A stretch of DNA of 64,000 nt from Nitrospirota bacterium. GTDB lineage: Bacteria; Nitrospirota; UBA9217. Below the pieces are notes generated by a model. It did no database searches. It had not been told where the DNA came from and worked only from the letters and a program-made list of their open reading frames with translations. Shown piece by piece: positions 30,759 to 41,655 of the stretch; within the stretch, counting starts at the first letter, position 1; each line of letters opens with the position of its first letter. The position numbers were made by a program, and so were the translations under genes. The stretch covers positions 256,001-320,000 of the forward strand of contig CAVVUN010000015.1 in assembly GCA_963751455.1 (NCBI GenBank). The letters are read 5' to 3'.

Positions 30759-33700
30759 ATGAAGCTCTCCGACCTGCTGGATGACAGCGTCATCAGGGTG
30801 AACCTCAGGGCGCGTGATCAGAAAGGCTCCCTCGAGGAGATGGTGGGCATCCTGAAGCGAGCGGGAAAGATTAACGATCCCGGGAAAATACTGAAGGCCC
30901 TTCTCGACCGGGAGGCTTCAGGCAGCACGATCTTCGGCCGCGGGATAGCATTCCCCCATGCACGAGTGGACGGGTTGAGCGAACCCGTTGCGCTGCTCGC
31001 GCTCTCTCAAAAAGGCATTCGTTATGACGGACCCCAAGAGTATCCTGTCTATCTCCTTTTTCTATTCCTGACTCCCACCGAGACTACCGAGCTTCACCTC
31101 CAGATCCTCTCCAAGGCATCCGCAATCTTTTCAGACCCACGACTTTACCATGCGCTCCGGAAGGCGAAGTCCCGGCAGGCGCTCCTGCAGTTTCTGCTGA
31201 ACCATGAAAAAGGCGGCAAGGAAACGTTTTTTCCGCTGCCGATCGACGAGATATACAAGGAACTGGCCACCGGGCCGCAGGGACTTACTGAAGAAGAGGC
31301 AGCGAAGAGGCTTGAACGGTTCGGTTCGAATGTCCTCAGGGAGGCAAGAAGAAAACCGCTTCTTCTGCGCTTTGCAGAAAATCTTACGAACCTGCTTGCT
31401 GTCCTGCTCTGGATCGGGGGCTTTCTCGCCTTTGTTGCTCAGATGCCGGAGCTCGGCTGGGCTATATTTGCCGTGATCATCATTAATGCGCTCTTCAGTT
31501 TCTGGCAGGAGTACAAGGCGGAGCGGGCTGTGGAGGCGCTCAAGAAACTTCTTCCGAAAAAGACCCGGGTTGTCCGCAAAGGGAAGGAACAGGAGGTTCC
31601 GGCGAATACGCTCGTCCCCGGCGACATCATCCTTCTTGAAGAAGGCGACGCGGTATCCGCTGATGCGCGTCTGATTGAGGCCTCCGCGATGAGAGTGGAC
31701 AACTCCGCATTGACCGGGGAATCGAGGCCGATACACAAGGCCGCTGAAGCAGTGGTTGACGGTAAGGAGTTCCTCTGGACGGAAATTCCGAACCTTGTCT
31801 TTGCGGGCACTTCGGTATCATCCGGAAGCGGCAAGGCCGCGGTTATTGCAACGGGAATGCACAGCGAGATCGGCAGGATCGCCTCGCTCACCCAGGAACT
31901 GACGGATGAGAAGAGTCCCCTCCAGCGTGAGATCGAAAAAGTGACGAAGTTCGTTACGGTGATTGCCGTGACCATGGGCGTTCTCTTTTTCTTTCTCGGG
32001 ACCTTTGTCGGAAAACTAAGCCTGACCGCCGCCTTCCTCTTTGCGATCGGAATCATCGTGGCCAATGTTCCGGAAGGTCTTCTTCCGACCGTTTCGTTAT
32101 CTCTCGCGATGGCGGTCCAGAGGATGGTCAAAAGAAACGTTCTGGTGAAGAGGCTCTCGTCGGTTGAGACCCTGGGGTGCACGACCGTCATTTGCACTGA
32201 CAAAACCGGAACCCTTACTACCGGCGAGATGACGGTTACGAAAGTCTGGATTAACGGCAGGTTGATTGATGTTAGCGGTACGAAATACGAGCCAGTTGGA
32301 AATTTTTCATGTCAGGGTGTCGCCCTCTCCAGGGAGGAAATGAAGGCAAACGGTTTGTACGGACTCTTTGACGCTGCTGTCCTCTGCAACAATTCAGCCC
32401 TCCTCCCTCCACAGAAGGAGGGGGACCGGTGGTCAATTCTCGGAGACCCGACTGAGGCGGCGATGCTTGTAATGGCGGCAAAAGGCGGTGTCGATGCCCC
32501 AGCGAGGAACAGGGCCATCCCGAGGATCGCGCATCTTCCCTTCGAATCGGTCCGGAAGAGGATGACCTGTGTCAATCTTATGAACGGAAAGCCCGTGGCC
32601 CACCTCAAAGGGGCTCCCGGGGAGACCCTGCAGTTTTGCACGCACATTTTTACAAAGGGGAAGGCAGAGCCGCTTACGGATTCGGTGCGCCGGGAGATCA
32701 TGGCAGAAAACGACTCTCTTGCAAAGGAGGGTCTGCGTGTTCTTGCGGTTGCTTCGCGGCCGCTTGAGTTTTCGGACGGATTTACTATTGAGAACACCGA
32801 GAGGGACCTCGTTTTTCTCGGCCTGATCGCAATGATGGACCCTCCGCGGACCGAGGTGCCCAGTGCCATGGAGCTTTGCCACAGGGCGGGGTTAAGGGCT
32901 CTTATGATCACGGGCGACTACGGTCTTACTGCCCTTGCAGTAGCAAAGAAGATCGGGCTAATAAGAACCGGGAATCCACGTGTAGTAACAGGGCATGAGC
33001 TCTCCTCCGTCGATGAAAACGGTTTAAAGACCATGCTCAAGGAGGAAGTGATATTCGCACGGGTGTCTCCGGAACACAAGATGAGGATCGTCTCGGCCCT
33101 GAAAGAAATGGGCGAGGTTGTTGCCGTAACGGGAGACGGCGTGAACGACGCCCCTGCTTTGAAAAAGGCGGACATCGGAGTTGCCATGGGGATCAGGGGT
33201 TCGGACGTGGCCAAAGAAGCCGCAGCCATGATTCTGATTGACGACAACTTCGCATCTATTGTCTCCGCTATAGAAGAAGGGAGGGCCGTGTATGCCAATA
33301 TAAAAAAATTCGTGACCTATATATTCTCAAGCAACATTCCGGAGATCGTTCCCTTCATTGCGTTTGTCATGTTCAGGATACCCCTTCCCCTTACCGTGAT
33401 GCAGATCCTTGCCGTGGACCTGGGCACCGACCTGGTGCCCGCTCTGGGCCTTGGCGCAGAGCGGCCCGAACCGGGTACCATGGACAGGCCGCCAAGGCCG
33501 CGCAGCGCGAGGCTTCTCGACCGCCGCCTTCTGCTTCGCGCATACTGCTTCCTGGGACCGATCGAGGCGGTCGCCAGCATGGCCGGTTTTTTCTTCATCT
33601 ATTGGCAAACCGGATGGAGACCCGGTATGCCGATGGCTGATTCGGGACCGGTCTATATTACTGCAACCACCATGACCCTGGCCGGTATCGTGGCAACGCA

Positions 33701-33977
33701 AATGGGGAATGTCTTTGCATGCAGGACCGAGCGGGAGTCGGTCTTCCGTATCGGGCTCCTCTCTAACAGGCTCGTGCTGTGGGGAATCGTCTCCGAGCTC
33801 GTCATCACAGGACTCCTCATCTACACGCCTTTTCTGCAAACCGTGTTCGGTTTCGGGCCTCTGGGCTTCGGGGAACTGGCTTTTCTCCTTGCCTTCCCGC
33901 CCCTGCTCCTGCTTATTGAGGAGGGGAGGAAGAGGGTGCTGAGCGCGGCTTTTCGCCGCAGCAGTGCAAAATACTGA
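30759..33977 (+). CDS. P-type cation-transporting ATPase (P2) fused to N-terminal PTS EIIA domain
   Basis: EIIA: DRE...ST.FGRGIAFPHAR; ATPase: TGES, VANVPEGL, DKTGTLT, MITGD, TGDGVND. Confidence 0.93.
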   Translation: MKLSDLLDDSVIRVNLRARDQKGSLEEMVGILKRAGKINDPGKILKALLDREASGSTIFGRGIAFPHARVDGLSEPVALLALSQKGIRYDGPQEYPVYLLFLFLTPTETTELHLQILSKASAIFSDPRLYHALRKAKSRQALLQFLLNHEKGGKETFFPLPIDEIYKELATGPQGLTEEEAAKRLERFGSNVLREARRKPLLLRFAENLTNLLAVLLWIGGFLAFVAQMPELGWAIFAVIIINALFSFWQEYKAERAVEALKKLLPKKTRVVRKGKEQEVPANTLVPGDIILLEEGDAVSADARLIEASAMRVDNSALTGESRPIHKAAEAVVDGKEFLWTEIPNLVFAGTSVSSGSGKAAVIATGMHSEIGRIASLTQELTDEKSPLQREIEKVTKFVTVIAVTMGVLFFFLGTFVGKLSLTAAFLFAIGIIVANVPEGLLPTVSLSLAMAVQRMVKRNVLVKRLSSVETLGCTTVICTDKTGTLTTGEMTVTKVWINGRLIDVSGTKYEPVGNFSCQGVALSREEMKANGLYGLFDAAVLCNNSALLPPQKEGDRWSILGDPTEAAMLVMAAKGGVDAPARNRAIPRIAHLPFESVRKRMTCVNLMNGKPVAHLKGAPGETLQFCTHIFTKGKAEPLTDSVRREIMAENDSLAKEGLRVLAVASRPLEFSDGFTIENTERDLVFLGLIAMMDPPRTEVPSAMELCHRAGLRALMITGDYGLTALAVAKKIGLIRTGNPRVVTGHELSSVDENGLKTMLKEEVIFARVSPEHKMRIVSALKEMGEVVAVTGDGVNDAPALKKADIGVAMGIRGSDVAKEAAAMILIDDNFASIVSAIEEGRAVYANIKKFVTYIFSSNIPEIVPFIAFVMFRIPLPLTVMQILAVDLGTDLVPALGLGAERPEPGTMDRPPRPRSARLLDRRLLLRAYCFLGPIEAVASMAGFFFIYWQTGWRPGMPMADSGPVYITATTMTLAGIVATQMGNVFACRTERESVFRIGLLSNRLVLWGIVSELVITGLLIYTPFLQTVFGFGPLGFGELAFLLAFPPLLLLIEEGRKRVLSAAFRRSSAKY

Positions 33978-33981
33978 CAAA

Positions 33982-34278
33982 GGCAGATTTATCCAGATTT
34001 CGTACCCTGCTGTCGCCAAAGCGCGGGCACAAGCAGATGGACACAGATTTAAGAAAGAAAAGTCATGCTTGGTTCTTTTATCCTGAAAAAAGCAGTTGGA
34101 CACGGATAAAATCTGATCAACACGGATTTATAGGAAGTTACGAACAGTAATGGATTCACCCAAAAGGCGAGATGGCTTTTTGCTCTATCACATTGTTTTG
34201 ATCCGCTGTTTCCGTGTTCATCCGTGTTCAAATGCCGTTTTTAGGTTTATCGGCGAAATCTGCGTAATCTGCGGCTAA
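33982..34278. repeat. 9-mer CAGAT-type hairpin element, split by MITE copy 4
   Basis: gcagatggacacagattt left of the MITE; atcggcgaaatctgcgtaatctgcggctaa right of it; cf. 41536-41652. Confidence 0.6.
34082..34245. mobile_element. MITE copy 4 (164 bp), TSD TTTAT
   Basis: Reverse complement of copy 2; TTTAT at 34077-34081 and 34246-34250. Confidence 0.95.
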
Positions 34279-34390
34279 CTATCGATTCTTTCCACGCTGA
34301 CAGCTTAACTTTTACGACGAATATCCTAAGCTCATGCCCTCGTCCTTTTTTGATTGACCCACCCATGCTCCTGGTATAGTATTGAAACGT

Positions 34391-37300
34391 ATGCGCGCTT
34401 CCCGGCTTCATACGAAATTTCTTGTGCTGGTCCTCGGCAGCCTTATCATTTTTCTTGCCGGCTTATCCTATTTCATAATCCATCGAGAGGCGGTCCTTCT
34501 GAACAAGAAGGCTGAAGAGCGGCAGCACGTGCTCGCCTTTACGATCTATTCGAACCTGCGGGACAACATGATGCAAGGCAGGCCGCGGAGCACGGTTAAC
34601 CTTATGAACAGTATTCGAGGAACGTTCGGACTGTTAAGGCTTGAAGCGATCAGGGCGGACGGAACGCCCGCGTTTCGCAGTTCCGGATGCAGATTTGCCG
34701 CTCCTCAGATAGAGACCGTACTTTCAGAAGGCCGGGAGGTTTCCTTCAGGGAAAACGTCGGTGTACCGGTTCACACTATTCTCTTCCCCCTCAAAAACGA
34801 GGGTAAATGCGTCCGGTGTCACGGCAGCCGGAACCGGATCCTGGGCGCTCTCCTCATATCGCTATCGTTAGAAGACGCCACCCGGGAGATCCAAAAGAGC
34901 AAGCGGCAGCTTGCGCTCTCTCTGGCAGCATTGATCCTCGTGATCGGCGGCGTTCTCTACTTACTTGTTAGAAAGGTCGTGCTGCAGCCGCTCGCTGATT
35001 CTCTATGACGGGGCCGAACGGATCGGAAAGGGCGACCTTTCTCATCGCATCGACTTGTCGACGAACGACGAGATACAAGAGCTTGCGCAGTCCTTCAATG
35101 TGATGGCAGGAGGCCTCGAACAGTCCCACAAGGAACTCGAAAGCCGGATCAAGGAACGCACTGTCCAGCTCTCTAATTCGGTAATCGATGTTCGTGACAA
35201 GGCCAGAAAGCTCTATGAGTACGGCCGCGACCTGGCCACGATTTCCCGTTTTTCAAGAAAAGTGTTTAATGCTGAACAAACTCTCGCCAAGCTCCTGGAC
35301 CAGTGCATGTGGGCTGTTTCGCGCGGGTTGGGATACAATAAGGCGCTGCTTTTCATCGTCGACCGCAAACGCGCATTGCTCAAGCTGAAGCGGGATTCAG
35401 GGCTCGGTGAACTGCTTTACATTCCGGATCAATCTCTCGCCGGACAAGAACCTTTTGCCGGGCTGGTGCGCGCAGGCAGGTACATGTACGTTGAAGACAC
35501 GGGATCCGATCCGGTGTTTAACCGCTATCGCAGCCAGGCCTTTCCCGAATTGCCCGCGTTGCATGTGATCCCGGTTCTGAGCGGAACACGAAACAACAAA
35601 TGCTGGGATATCCTCGGCTGCTTCAAAACCGATTGTCCTGCCTATGCACGCCATGATCTTTCATGCTGGATGGTTGAAAATACCCTTTGCCGCAACTCGC
35701 TCGTTGAATCATACGGAGACAAACTGGCCTACTGCATGAGCTGCCAGATATTCCCGGTCCTTGGCGTTCTGGTGGTCGGCGCCCGGCCTGTCCGGGGATT
35801 CCCGAAACGCGATATCAGCGTCCTGAGAATCCTTGCCGCACAGATGGGAGCTGCCCTCGAAAACCACCGGTTATACGACGCGAACCGTCAGATGGTAAGA
35901 GATTTGCTCGAGTTGCACAAGGCGACCGCATCAGCGCTCGCGGAACTGTCGCTGGATAGAGCGCTTGAGGCGTTCGCGGGGTCCGCCGTAAAATTATCCG
36001 GCCAGGATGCGTGCAATTTCTGGCTCTTGTCAAAGGACGGCCGCGAACTGGTGCGCAAGGCCGGAATCTGTTCTGCCGCAGGCATCGACACGTCCTCTTT
36101 CCCTGAACGGGTTCCGGTTGACGCCGGCGTACTCGCGGCCTCATACCGGAGAAATTCCGTTGTGACCGACTACCGGATGGCGAACGACGGTACCCGGCTT
36201 GGAGAAGTCCTGGCCGCACACGGCCTTGTTTCGCTTCTCGCAGTGCCCCTGACGTCCGAAGGCAGGTCGATAGGCGTTTTATCAATTCACAAAAAAAGCA
36301 GTACGCCCTTTATTGAAAGCGAGATAGCCGCGTTTCTGCTCGTGGCAAACCATGCCGCTCTCGCCGTGAACGTATGCATCCTGAATGAAGAGATGAAGAA
36401 CCGAAACCGGGAACTGAGCAGCAATATCAGCCTGATAGAGGGCCTCCTGGCGAGTATCTCGAGCGGCGTAATGCTGGTGGACAAGAAGGGGACGGTGCAG
36501 CTGATAAACCAGGCAGGCGCCGCCCTCCTCAATATGCGACCAGGCGATATGATGCAACAGCCTCTTGCCGATCTTTTTCCGGAGGCAGCGGCCTTTTTCG
36601 ATTCTTCTATCGGTCCCTATCAGGAGACCGAGATTCTTCTTGCAGACGGGACCAAAGTGCCGATCGGCTTCTCAAACACGTATTACCGGGGCTCATCCGG
36701 AGAGGACGAAGGGGTCATCATTCTTTACCGTGATTTGACCGAGATCAAGTCACTGAGGGCGGAGGTGCTGACGAAGGAGCGGTTTGCAGCAATGGGAAGG
36801 GTGGTAGACGGCGTTGCCCATGAAATCAGAAATCCGCTGTTCGGCATCAGCTCGATCGGTCAAATCTTTGAACGGGAATTGCGAGACCCTGGTCATCAAA
36901 AACTGGCGGGCGCCCTCATTTCAGAAACAAAAAGGCTGAATCGGCTGGTGGAAGAGCTTCTTATCTACGGACGGCCAATGAAGCTGCAGCTGACCAAATG
37001 CGATGTCATAGGCCTCTGGGAAGAAGCGATCCAGATGAACCGCGAGGAAATGGAAGGAAAAGGAATTTCTCTGTGGGGAGAGAGCGGCGTTCTTCATATT
37101 CACGCTTATCTGGATGCACACCAGATGAAGCAGGTGTTTCTGAACCTTATCAGAAATGCAATCGATTCCATGCCTGCGGGCGGCGAGATTTCGACGACGC
37201 TTCTGCTCGAGGACCGCTACATCATATTTACTATTGCGGATACGGGTGAGGGAATACCGGCCGGGGATATGGAGAAGGTATTCGACCTCTTTTTCACGAC

Positions 37301-37484
37301 AAAGCCGAAAGGCACCGGGCTGGGGCTGGGCATCTGTAAAAAAATTATTGAAGATCATGGGGGAGAAATATCGATCAGAAGACGGCAGGAGATTCAAACG
37401 GAAAAAAAGACAGGGACGGCGGTGATCCTGAAATTACCGTACAAAGGCCGTGTTGAGAGAGGGACATTGCAACGCGGAGCGTAG
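34391..37484 (+). pseudogene. Sensor histidine kinase (periplasmic CxxCH, HAMP, GAF with Cys-rich insert, GAF, PAS, HK), frameshift near 34995
   Basis: CVRCH; VLQPL continues in another frame as ILYDGAERIGKGDL; AHEIRNPL, FFTTK, GTGLGL. Confidence 0.8.
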
Positions 37485-37632
37485 AAGAAGGGATGATGGT
37501 CGAAACAATAAATAATGGCGCGGAGATGCGAAACAAGCGTGCACGTGAAGCCGGAATTTTTCTTGATTTTTGGTCCGCTTAGTACGATAATGGCCGCTTG
37601 ATTAGAGATCAAAATATTCGGGAGGTTTATTT

Positions 37633-38286
37633 ATGCGTATTATTTTATTGGGAGCGCCGGGCGCGGGCAAGGGCACGGTTGCAAAACTGCTGACTCAACT
37701 GGACGGGTCGGTGCAAATTTCAACGGGAGATATTCTTCGCGGCGCGGTCAAAGCCGGAACGCCTCTCGGAAAAGAAGCGCAGGGATACATGGACCGGGGG
37801 GACCTTGTCCCCGACTCGCTCATAATGGGGATCATGGAGCAGCGGCTGCAGGATCCTGATATGAAAAAAGGTTTTCTTCTTGACGGTTTCCCGAGGACCA
37901 TACCGCAAGCGGAAGCGCTTGACAGCCTGCTGAAGAAGCTCAATATCAAGCTCGACCTCGTTGCCAACATCGATGTCCCCCGGGATGTAATCCTCGATCG
38001 CCTGACGACCCGCAGGACCTGCTCCAATTCCTCCTGCCAGGAGATTTATAATATCAAGAGCAATCCGCCGGCTCCCGGCGATAAATGCAAGAAGTGCGGC
38101 AGTCCCACAATACAGCGCGCCGACGAGACCACCGAGGCGATCAGCAAGCGTCTGGACGTGTATAACGAAAAGACGGCGCCGCTTATCGGGTATTACGATA
38201 AGAAGGGGATGCTGCATACGATTCGTGAAGCGAACAGCGACGGTGTGGTGAATTCCATAAAAAACGGAATCGCCGCGAAGAAGTAA
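37633..38286 (+). CDS. adk: Adenylate kinase
   Basis: GAPGAGKGT, STGDILR, LDGFPRT, Cys-containing LID. Confidence 0.97.
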   Translation: MRIILLGAPGAGKGTVAKLLTQLDGSVQISTGDILRGAVKAGTPLGKEAQGYMDRGDLVPDSLIMGIMEQRLQDPDMKKGFLLDGFPRTIPQAEALDSLLKKLNIKLDLVANIDVPRDVILDRLTTRRTCSNSSCQEIYNIKSNPPAPGDKCKKCGSPTIQRADETTEAISKRLDVYNEKTAPLIGYYDKKGMLHTIREANSDGVVNSIKNGIAAKK

Positions 38287-38312
38287 TAAAAAAAGATAAC
38301 AAAACAACTGAG

Positions 38313-38339
38313 AAAGGCGGGAGAACTCCCGCCTTTTTT
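38313..38339 (+). terminator. Intrinsic terminator after adk
   Basis: aaaggcgggag-aa-ctcccgcctttttt. Confidence 0.85.
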
Positions 38340-38510
38340 ATTTCTTTCCGTTCTTTAACGGCCCTTGTTCCGGCACCCTTCACGCCCCTTTGCCTATGTT
38401 TGCAACTATTTGTGCTACGCTTGATGCTAATAATTATTAATTAAGCGTCTTTTTATTTTTTTTAGAATGTGTTAGAGTATCATCCGATTCTAGGCAGAAT
38501 TGGAAGCGGT

Positions 38511-38900
38511 ATGTTTAATCTTTCCGGTAAATCCATACTCGTCACAGATGACTCCTCAATAATGCGTATGTTTCTGGTGATGAACCTGAAACGCATGTTG
38601 TCGGTCAATATACAAGAGGCAGTCAACGGTATTGATGCGCTTGTCAAGTTGAAGAGCGAAAAGTTCGACCTGCTTCTGACCGACATGAACATGCCGGAAA
38701 TGAACGGTGCGGAACTTATCCGTCATGTCAGGATAGGGATGAAGAGCGACATGCCGATCGTGATAATTACGACAAAGGGAGAAGTTAAGGACCGCGACAT
38801 GGGCATGTCGCTCGGAGCTACCGCCTATCTTACGAAGCCGGTCAATACGGCGGAGCTCATAAAAACGATCCTCAAATACCTGGGAGGGTATAAATTCTAA
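38511..38900 (+). CDS. Single-domain CheY-like response regulator
   Basis: TDD, LTDMNMP, YLTKP. Confidence 0.9.
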   Translation: MFNLSGKSILVTDDSSIMRMFLVMNLKRMLSVNIQEAVNGIDALVKLKSEKFDLLLTDMNMPEMNGAELIRHVRIGMKSDMPIVIITTKGEVKDRDMGMSLGATAYLTKPVNTAELIKTILKYLGGYKF

Positions 38901-38904
38901 CAGC

Positions 38905-39048
38905 ATTGCAAAATGCAAATTGACTTGCACCCAGCGATTACGAGTGCGAAGCGCGAGTGCAGGGTGTAAATTGCAAATTGAAAAATGCAAAATGGTATGA
39001 GATCTTGATCACGCAAATTTGCACTATGCACTTTGCAATATGCAATAA
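38905..39048. repeat. Periodic hairpin element, 7-mer TGCAAAW type
   Basis: tgcaaaatgcaaattg...tgcaaattgaaaaatgcaaaatg / tttgcactatgcactttgcaatatgcaat. Confidence 0.75.
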
Positions 39049-39061
39049 TTTTTTCCTCGAG

Positions 39062-39922
39062 CTAAAGCCTCACCGGAACTCCCCGTTCCTTTAAGTATTC
39101 TTTTGACTGCCTTATGGTAAATTCCCTGAAATGAAAGATCGAGGCCGCCAGTGCAGCGTCGGCCTTGCCTGTTGTTAAACCCTGATAAATATGCTCCAGG
39201 TTTCCCACTCCGCCCGAGGCGATCACCGGTATTGTAACGGCTTCGGCAACCGCCCGCGTAAGCGCCAGGTCATACCCGTTTTTCTGGCCGTCCTGGTCCA
39301 TGCTCGTGAGCAGTATTTCTCCGGCACCATACTCCTCCATCATCCGCGCCCATGCAACGGCGTCTATGCCCATGGGCTTCCGTCCGCCATGAGTATAAAC
39401 CTCCCACTGCGGCCGTGAGGCGTCAGGCGTGAGGAGTGAGGAGTGGGAGAGGAGAAGGTGTTTATATTTCGGATCGCCTGCCCACTTCAGAGGCGTCTGA
39501 AAATCCGGATAATGCGCGACGACCTGCTTTGCATCTATTGCAACCACAATGCACTGGCTGCCGAAGCGCAGTGATGCCGACTTGATGAATTCGGGATCGT
39601 GCACCGCAGTTGTATTGATCGAGACTTTATCGCAGCCAGCGAGAAGAAGATTCCGGATATCATCGAGATTCTTGATGCCGCCTCCGACGGTAAGCGGCAT
39701 AAAAACCTGTTCAGCGGTGCGCCGGACGATATCGAGGATAATGCCCCGCTGTTCATGGGAGGCGGTGATGTCCAGAAACGTAAGCTCGTCTGCGCCCTGC
39801 TCATCGTAGACCTTCGCGATTTCGACCGGGTCTCCTGCGTCGCGCAGGTTCACGAAGCTCACGCCCTTGACAACTCTTCCCGCCTTGACATCGAGGCAGG
39901 GAATGATTCTCTTTGTAAGCAT
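39062..39922 (-). CDS. hisF: Imidazole glycerol phosphate synthase cyclase subunit, with ~35 aa insertion
   Basis: [28 protein letters not shown]. Confidence 0.97.
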   Translation of the reverse strand: MLTKRIIPCLDVKAGRVVKGVSFVNLRDAGDPVEIAKVYDEQGADELTFLDITASHEQRGIILDIVRRTAEQVFMPLTVGGGIKNLDDIRNLLLAGCDKVSINTTAVHDPEFIKSASLRFGSQCIVVAIDAKQVVAHYPDFQTPLKWAGDPKYKHLLLSHSSLLTPDASRPQWEVYTHGGRKPMGIDAVAWARMMEEYGAGEILLTSMDQDGQKNGYDLALTRAVAEAVTIPVIASGGVGNLEHIYQGLTTGKADAALAASIFHFREFTIRQSKEYLKERGVPVRL

Positions 39923-39962
39923 TGTTACTCCTGAAAAAAAATATAAACGCAAAAAAGCGTTG

Positions 39963-40042
39963 TCTCGCGCAAAGGCGCTAAGAAAGACAAATAATAGTAT
40001 ATTTTAAGCAGTTCTTTGCGAGCTTGGCGGCTTGGCGCGAGA
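39963..40042. repeat. Periodic hairpin element, CGCAAAG type
   Basis: tctcgcgcaaaggcgctaag ... ctttgcgagcttggcggcttggcgcgaga. Confidence 0.75.
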
Positions 40043-40049
40043 AAATGTT

Positions 40050-40796
40050 TTAACGGACGCACCGGTTGTCATTCAGCTTGACATACGTGATCGCTTCCTT
40101 CAGATTAAGCGAGCCGCTGTAGATCGCTTTGCCTGTAATTACTCCGCTTACTCCCGAATGCCTGATGGCGAGAAGGTTCTCGATGTCCTTCATCGTATGA
40201 ACACCGCCGGATGCGATTACCGGAATATGAAGTTCCCTGGCCAGGGCCTGCGTGGCTTCGATATTCGGACCGGACAGCATGCCGTCACGTTTAATATCGG
40301 TATAGATTATGGCGATGACTCCGTGCTCCTGCATCTGCATTGCAAGATCGACGGCTTTCACCTTCGTGACCTCAGCCCAGCCTTTGATTGCTACGAGACC
40401 TTCCTTTGCGTCAATGCCGACGATGATCCTGCCCGGGAACTTTGTGCATGTTTCCTGCACAAAAGAGGGATTCTCAATAGCAGCAGTGCCGAGAATAATC
40501 CGGTTGATGCCGATCGAGACAAGCGCTTCGATTGTCGCCAGGTCACGGAGGCCCCCTCCGACCTCAATCGGCATTTTTATTGCGGTCCGGATAGCCTTGA
40601 TCGCGTCAAGGTTTTTCGGGGTGCCTGCGAACGCTCCGTCAAGATCAACGACATGCAGAAGCTCGGCGCCCTGGGATTCCCAGTGCCGCGCGGTTGTCGC
40701 AGGGTCATCGGAATAGACCGTGGCCCGGTCCATCAGGCCCTGTTCCAGCCTGACGCACTTGCCTTCTTTCAGATCTATTGCAGGTATTATCAACAT
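40050..40796 (-). CDS. hisA: ProFAR isomerase
   Basis: [29 protein letters not shown]. Confidence 0.97.
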   Translation of the reverse strand: MLIIPAIDLKEGKCVRLEQGLMDRATVYSDDPATTARHWESQGAELLHVVDLDGAFAGTPKNLDAIKAIRTAIKMPIEVGGGLRDLATIEALVSIGINRIILGTAAIENPSFVQETCTKFPGRIIVGIDAKEGLVAIKGWAEVTKVKAVDLAMQMQEHGVIAIIYTDIKRDGMLSGPNIEATQALARELHIPVIASGGVHTMKDIENLLAIRHSGVSGVITGKAIYSGSLNLKEAITYVKLNDNRCVR

Positions 40797-40803
40797 AGAA
40801 TCG

Positions 40804-40874
40804 TCTCTCGCAAAGCCCGCAAAGAACGCAAAGGGTTAAGATCCTAACTTGGCGCCCCTTGCGCCTTGGCGAGA
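40804..40874. repeat. Periodic hairpin element, CGCAAAG type
   Basis: tctcgcaaagcccgcaaagaacgcaaag ... cttggcgccccttgcgccttggcgaga. Confidence 0.75.
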
Positions 40875-40884
40875 AAATAAAGTT

Positions 40885-41523
40885 TTAGCCTTTCTGTTCT
40901 CCGAATCGTTTCAATATCGACAACCCGAGGGCCTGGCTCTTCTCGGGGTGGAACTGGACTGCAAATACATTATCCTTCCATACGCTCGATACGAATTCGA
41001 TGCCGTAATCGGTTGTTGTTGCAATAACGCCCTTATCTTCCGGCACAACATGAAAGGAGTGGACGAAATAGACGTGGCTTTTATCGGCGATATCCTGCAG
41101 TGCTGGAGGGCGTCGCTTGATAGAAACTGAATTCCAGCCCATGTGAGGCACTTTCAGGATGCCGTTGGCAGATTGGGAGGCGTCGAATGCGGGACCTTTG
41201 AAGCGGATGACCCTTCCCTTGATAATGTCCAGTCCCTTCGAAAGGCCGAATTCCTCGCTCTCGGTAAAAAGGAGCTGGAGTCCCAGGCAGATGCCGAGAA
41301 AGGGTTTGCCGGACTGTATCGTTTTATGAACTGCATCGATCAGGCCGTTCTCATCGAGATTACGCATGCAGTCGGGAAACGCGCCCACACCGGGCAGTAC
41401 CACCTTTGACGCATTCAGGATGGTTTTGGCATCGCTCGTGACCACTGCCTCGTGGCCCACGCGTTCAAAGCCCTTCTGCACGCTCCGCAGGTTTCCCATT
41501 CCATAATCAATGATAGCAATCAT
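40885..41523 (-). CDS. hisH: IGP synthase glutamine amidotransferase
   Basis: DYGMGNL.SV, GICLG, QFHPEKS. Confidence 0.97.
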   Translation of the reverse strand: MIAIIDYGMGNLRSVQKGFERVGHEAVVTSDAKTILNASKVVLPGVGAFPDCMRNLDENGLIDAVHKTIQSGKPFLGICLGLQLLFTESEEFGLSKGLDIIKGRVIRFKGPAFDASQSANGILKVPHMGWNSVSIKRRPPALQDIADKSHVYFVHSFHVVPEDKGVIATTTDYGIEFVSSVWKDNVFAVQFHPEKSQALGLSILKRFGEQKG

Positions 41524-41535
41524 TCTAAATCCTAT

Positions 41536-41652
41536 TTAGCCGCAGATTACGCAGATCTTCGCAGATTTTAGAGTAAAGATCCTGAAGTAGTCCTGAGTAG
41601 AAGTTCTTATTAAATGAATTTTTCTGCGTAATCTGTGAAATCGGCGGATAAA
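41536..41652. repeat. Periodic hairpin element, 9-mer CGCAGAT type
   Basis: gccgcagattacgcagatcttcgcagat ... tctgcgtaatctgtgaaatcggcgg. Confidence 0.8.
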
Positions 41653-41655
41653 ACG

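Larger units (their letters stand above)
29748..30935. repeat. Copy B of ~1.2 kb direct duplication
   Basis: See 19325-20550. Confidence 0.95.
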
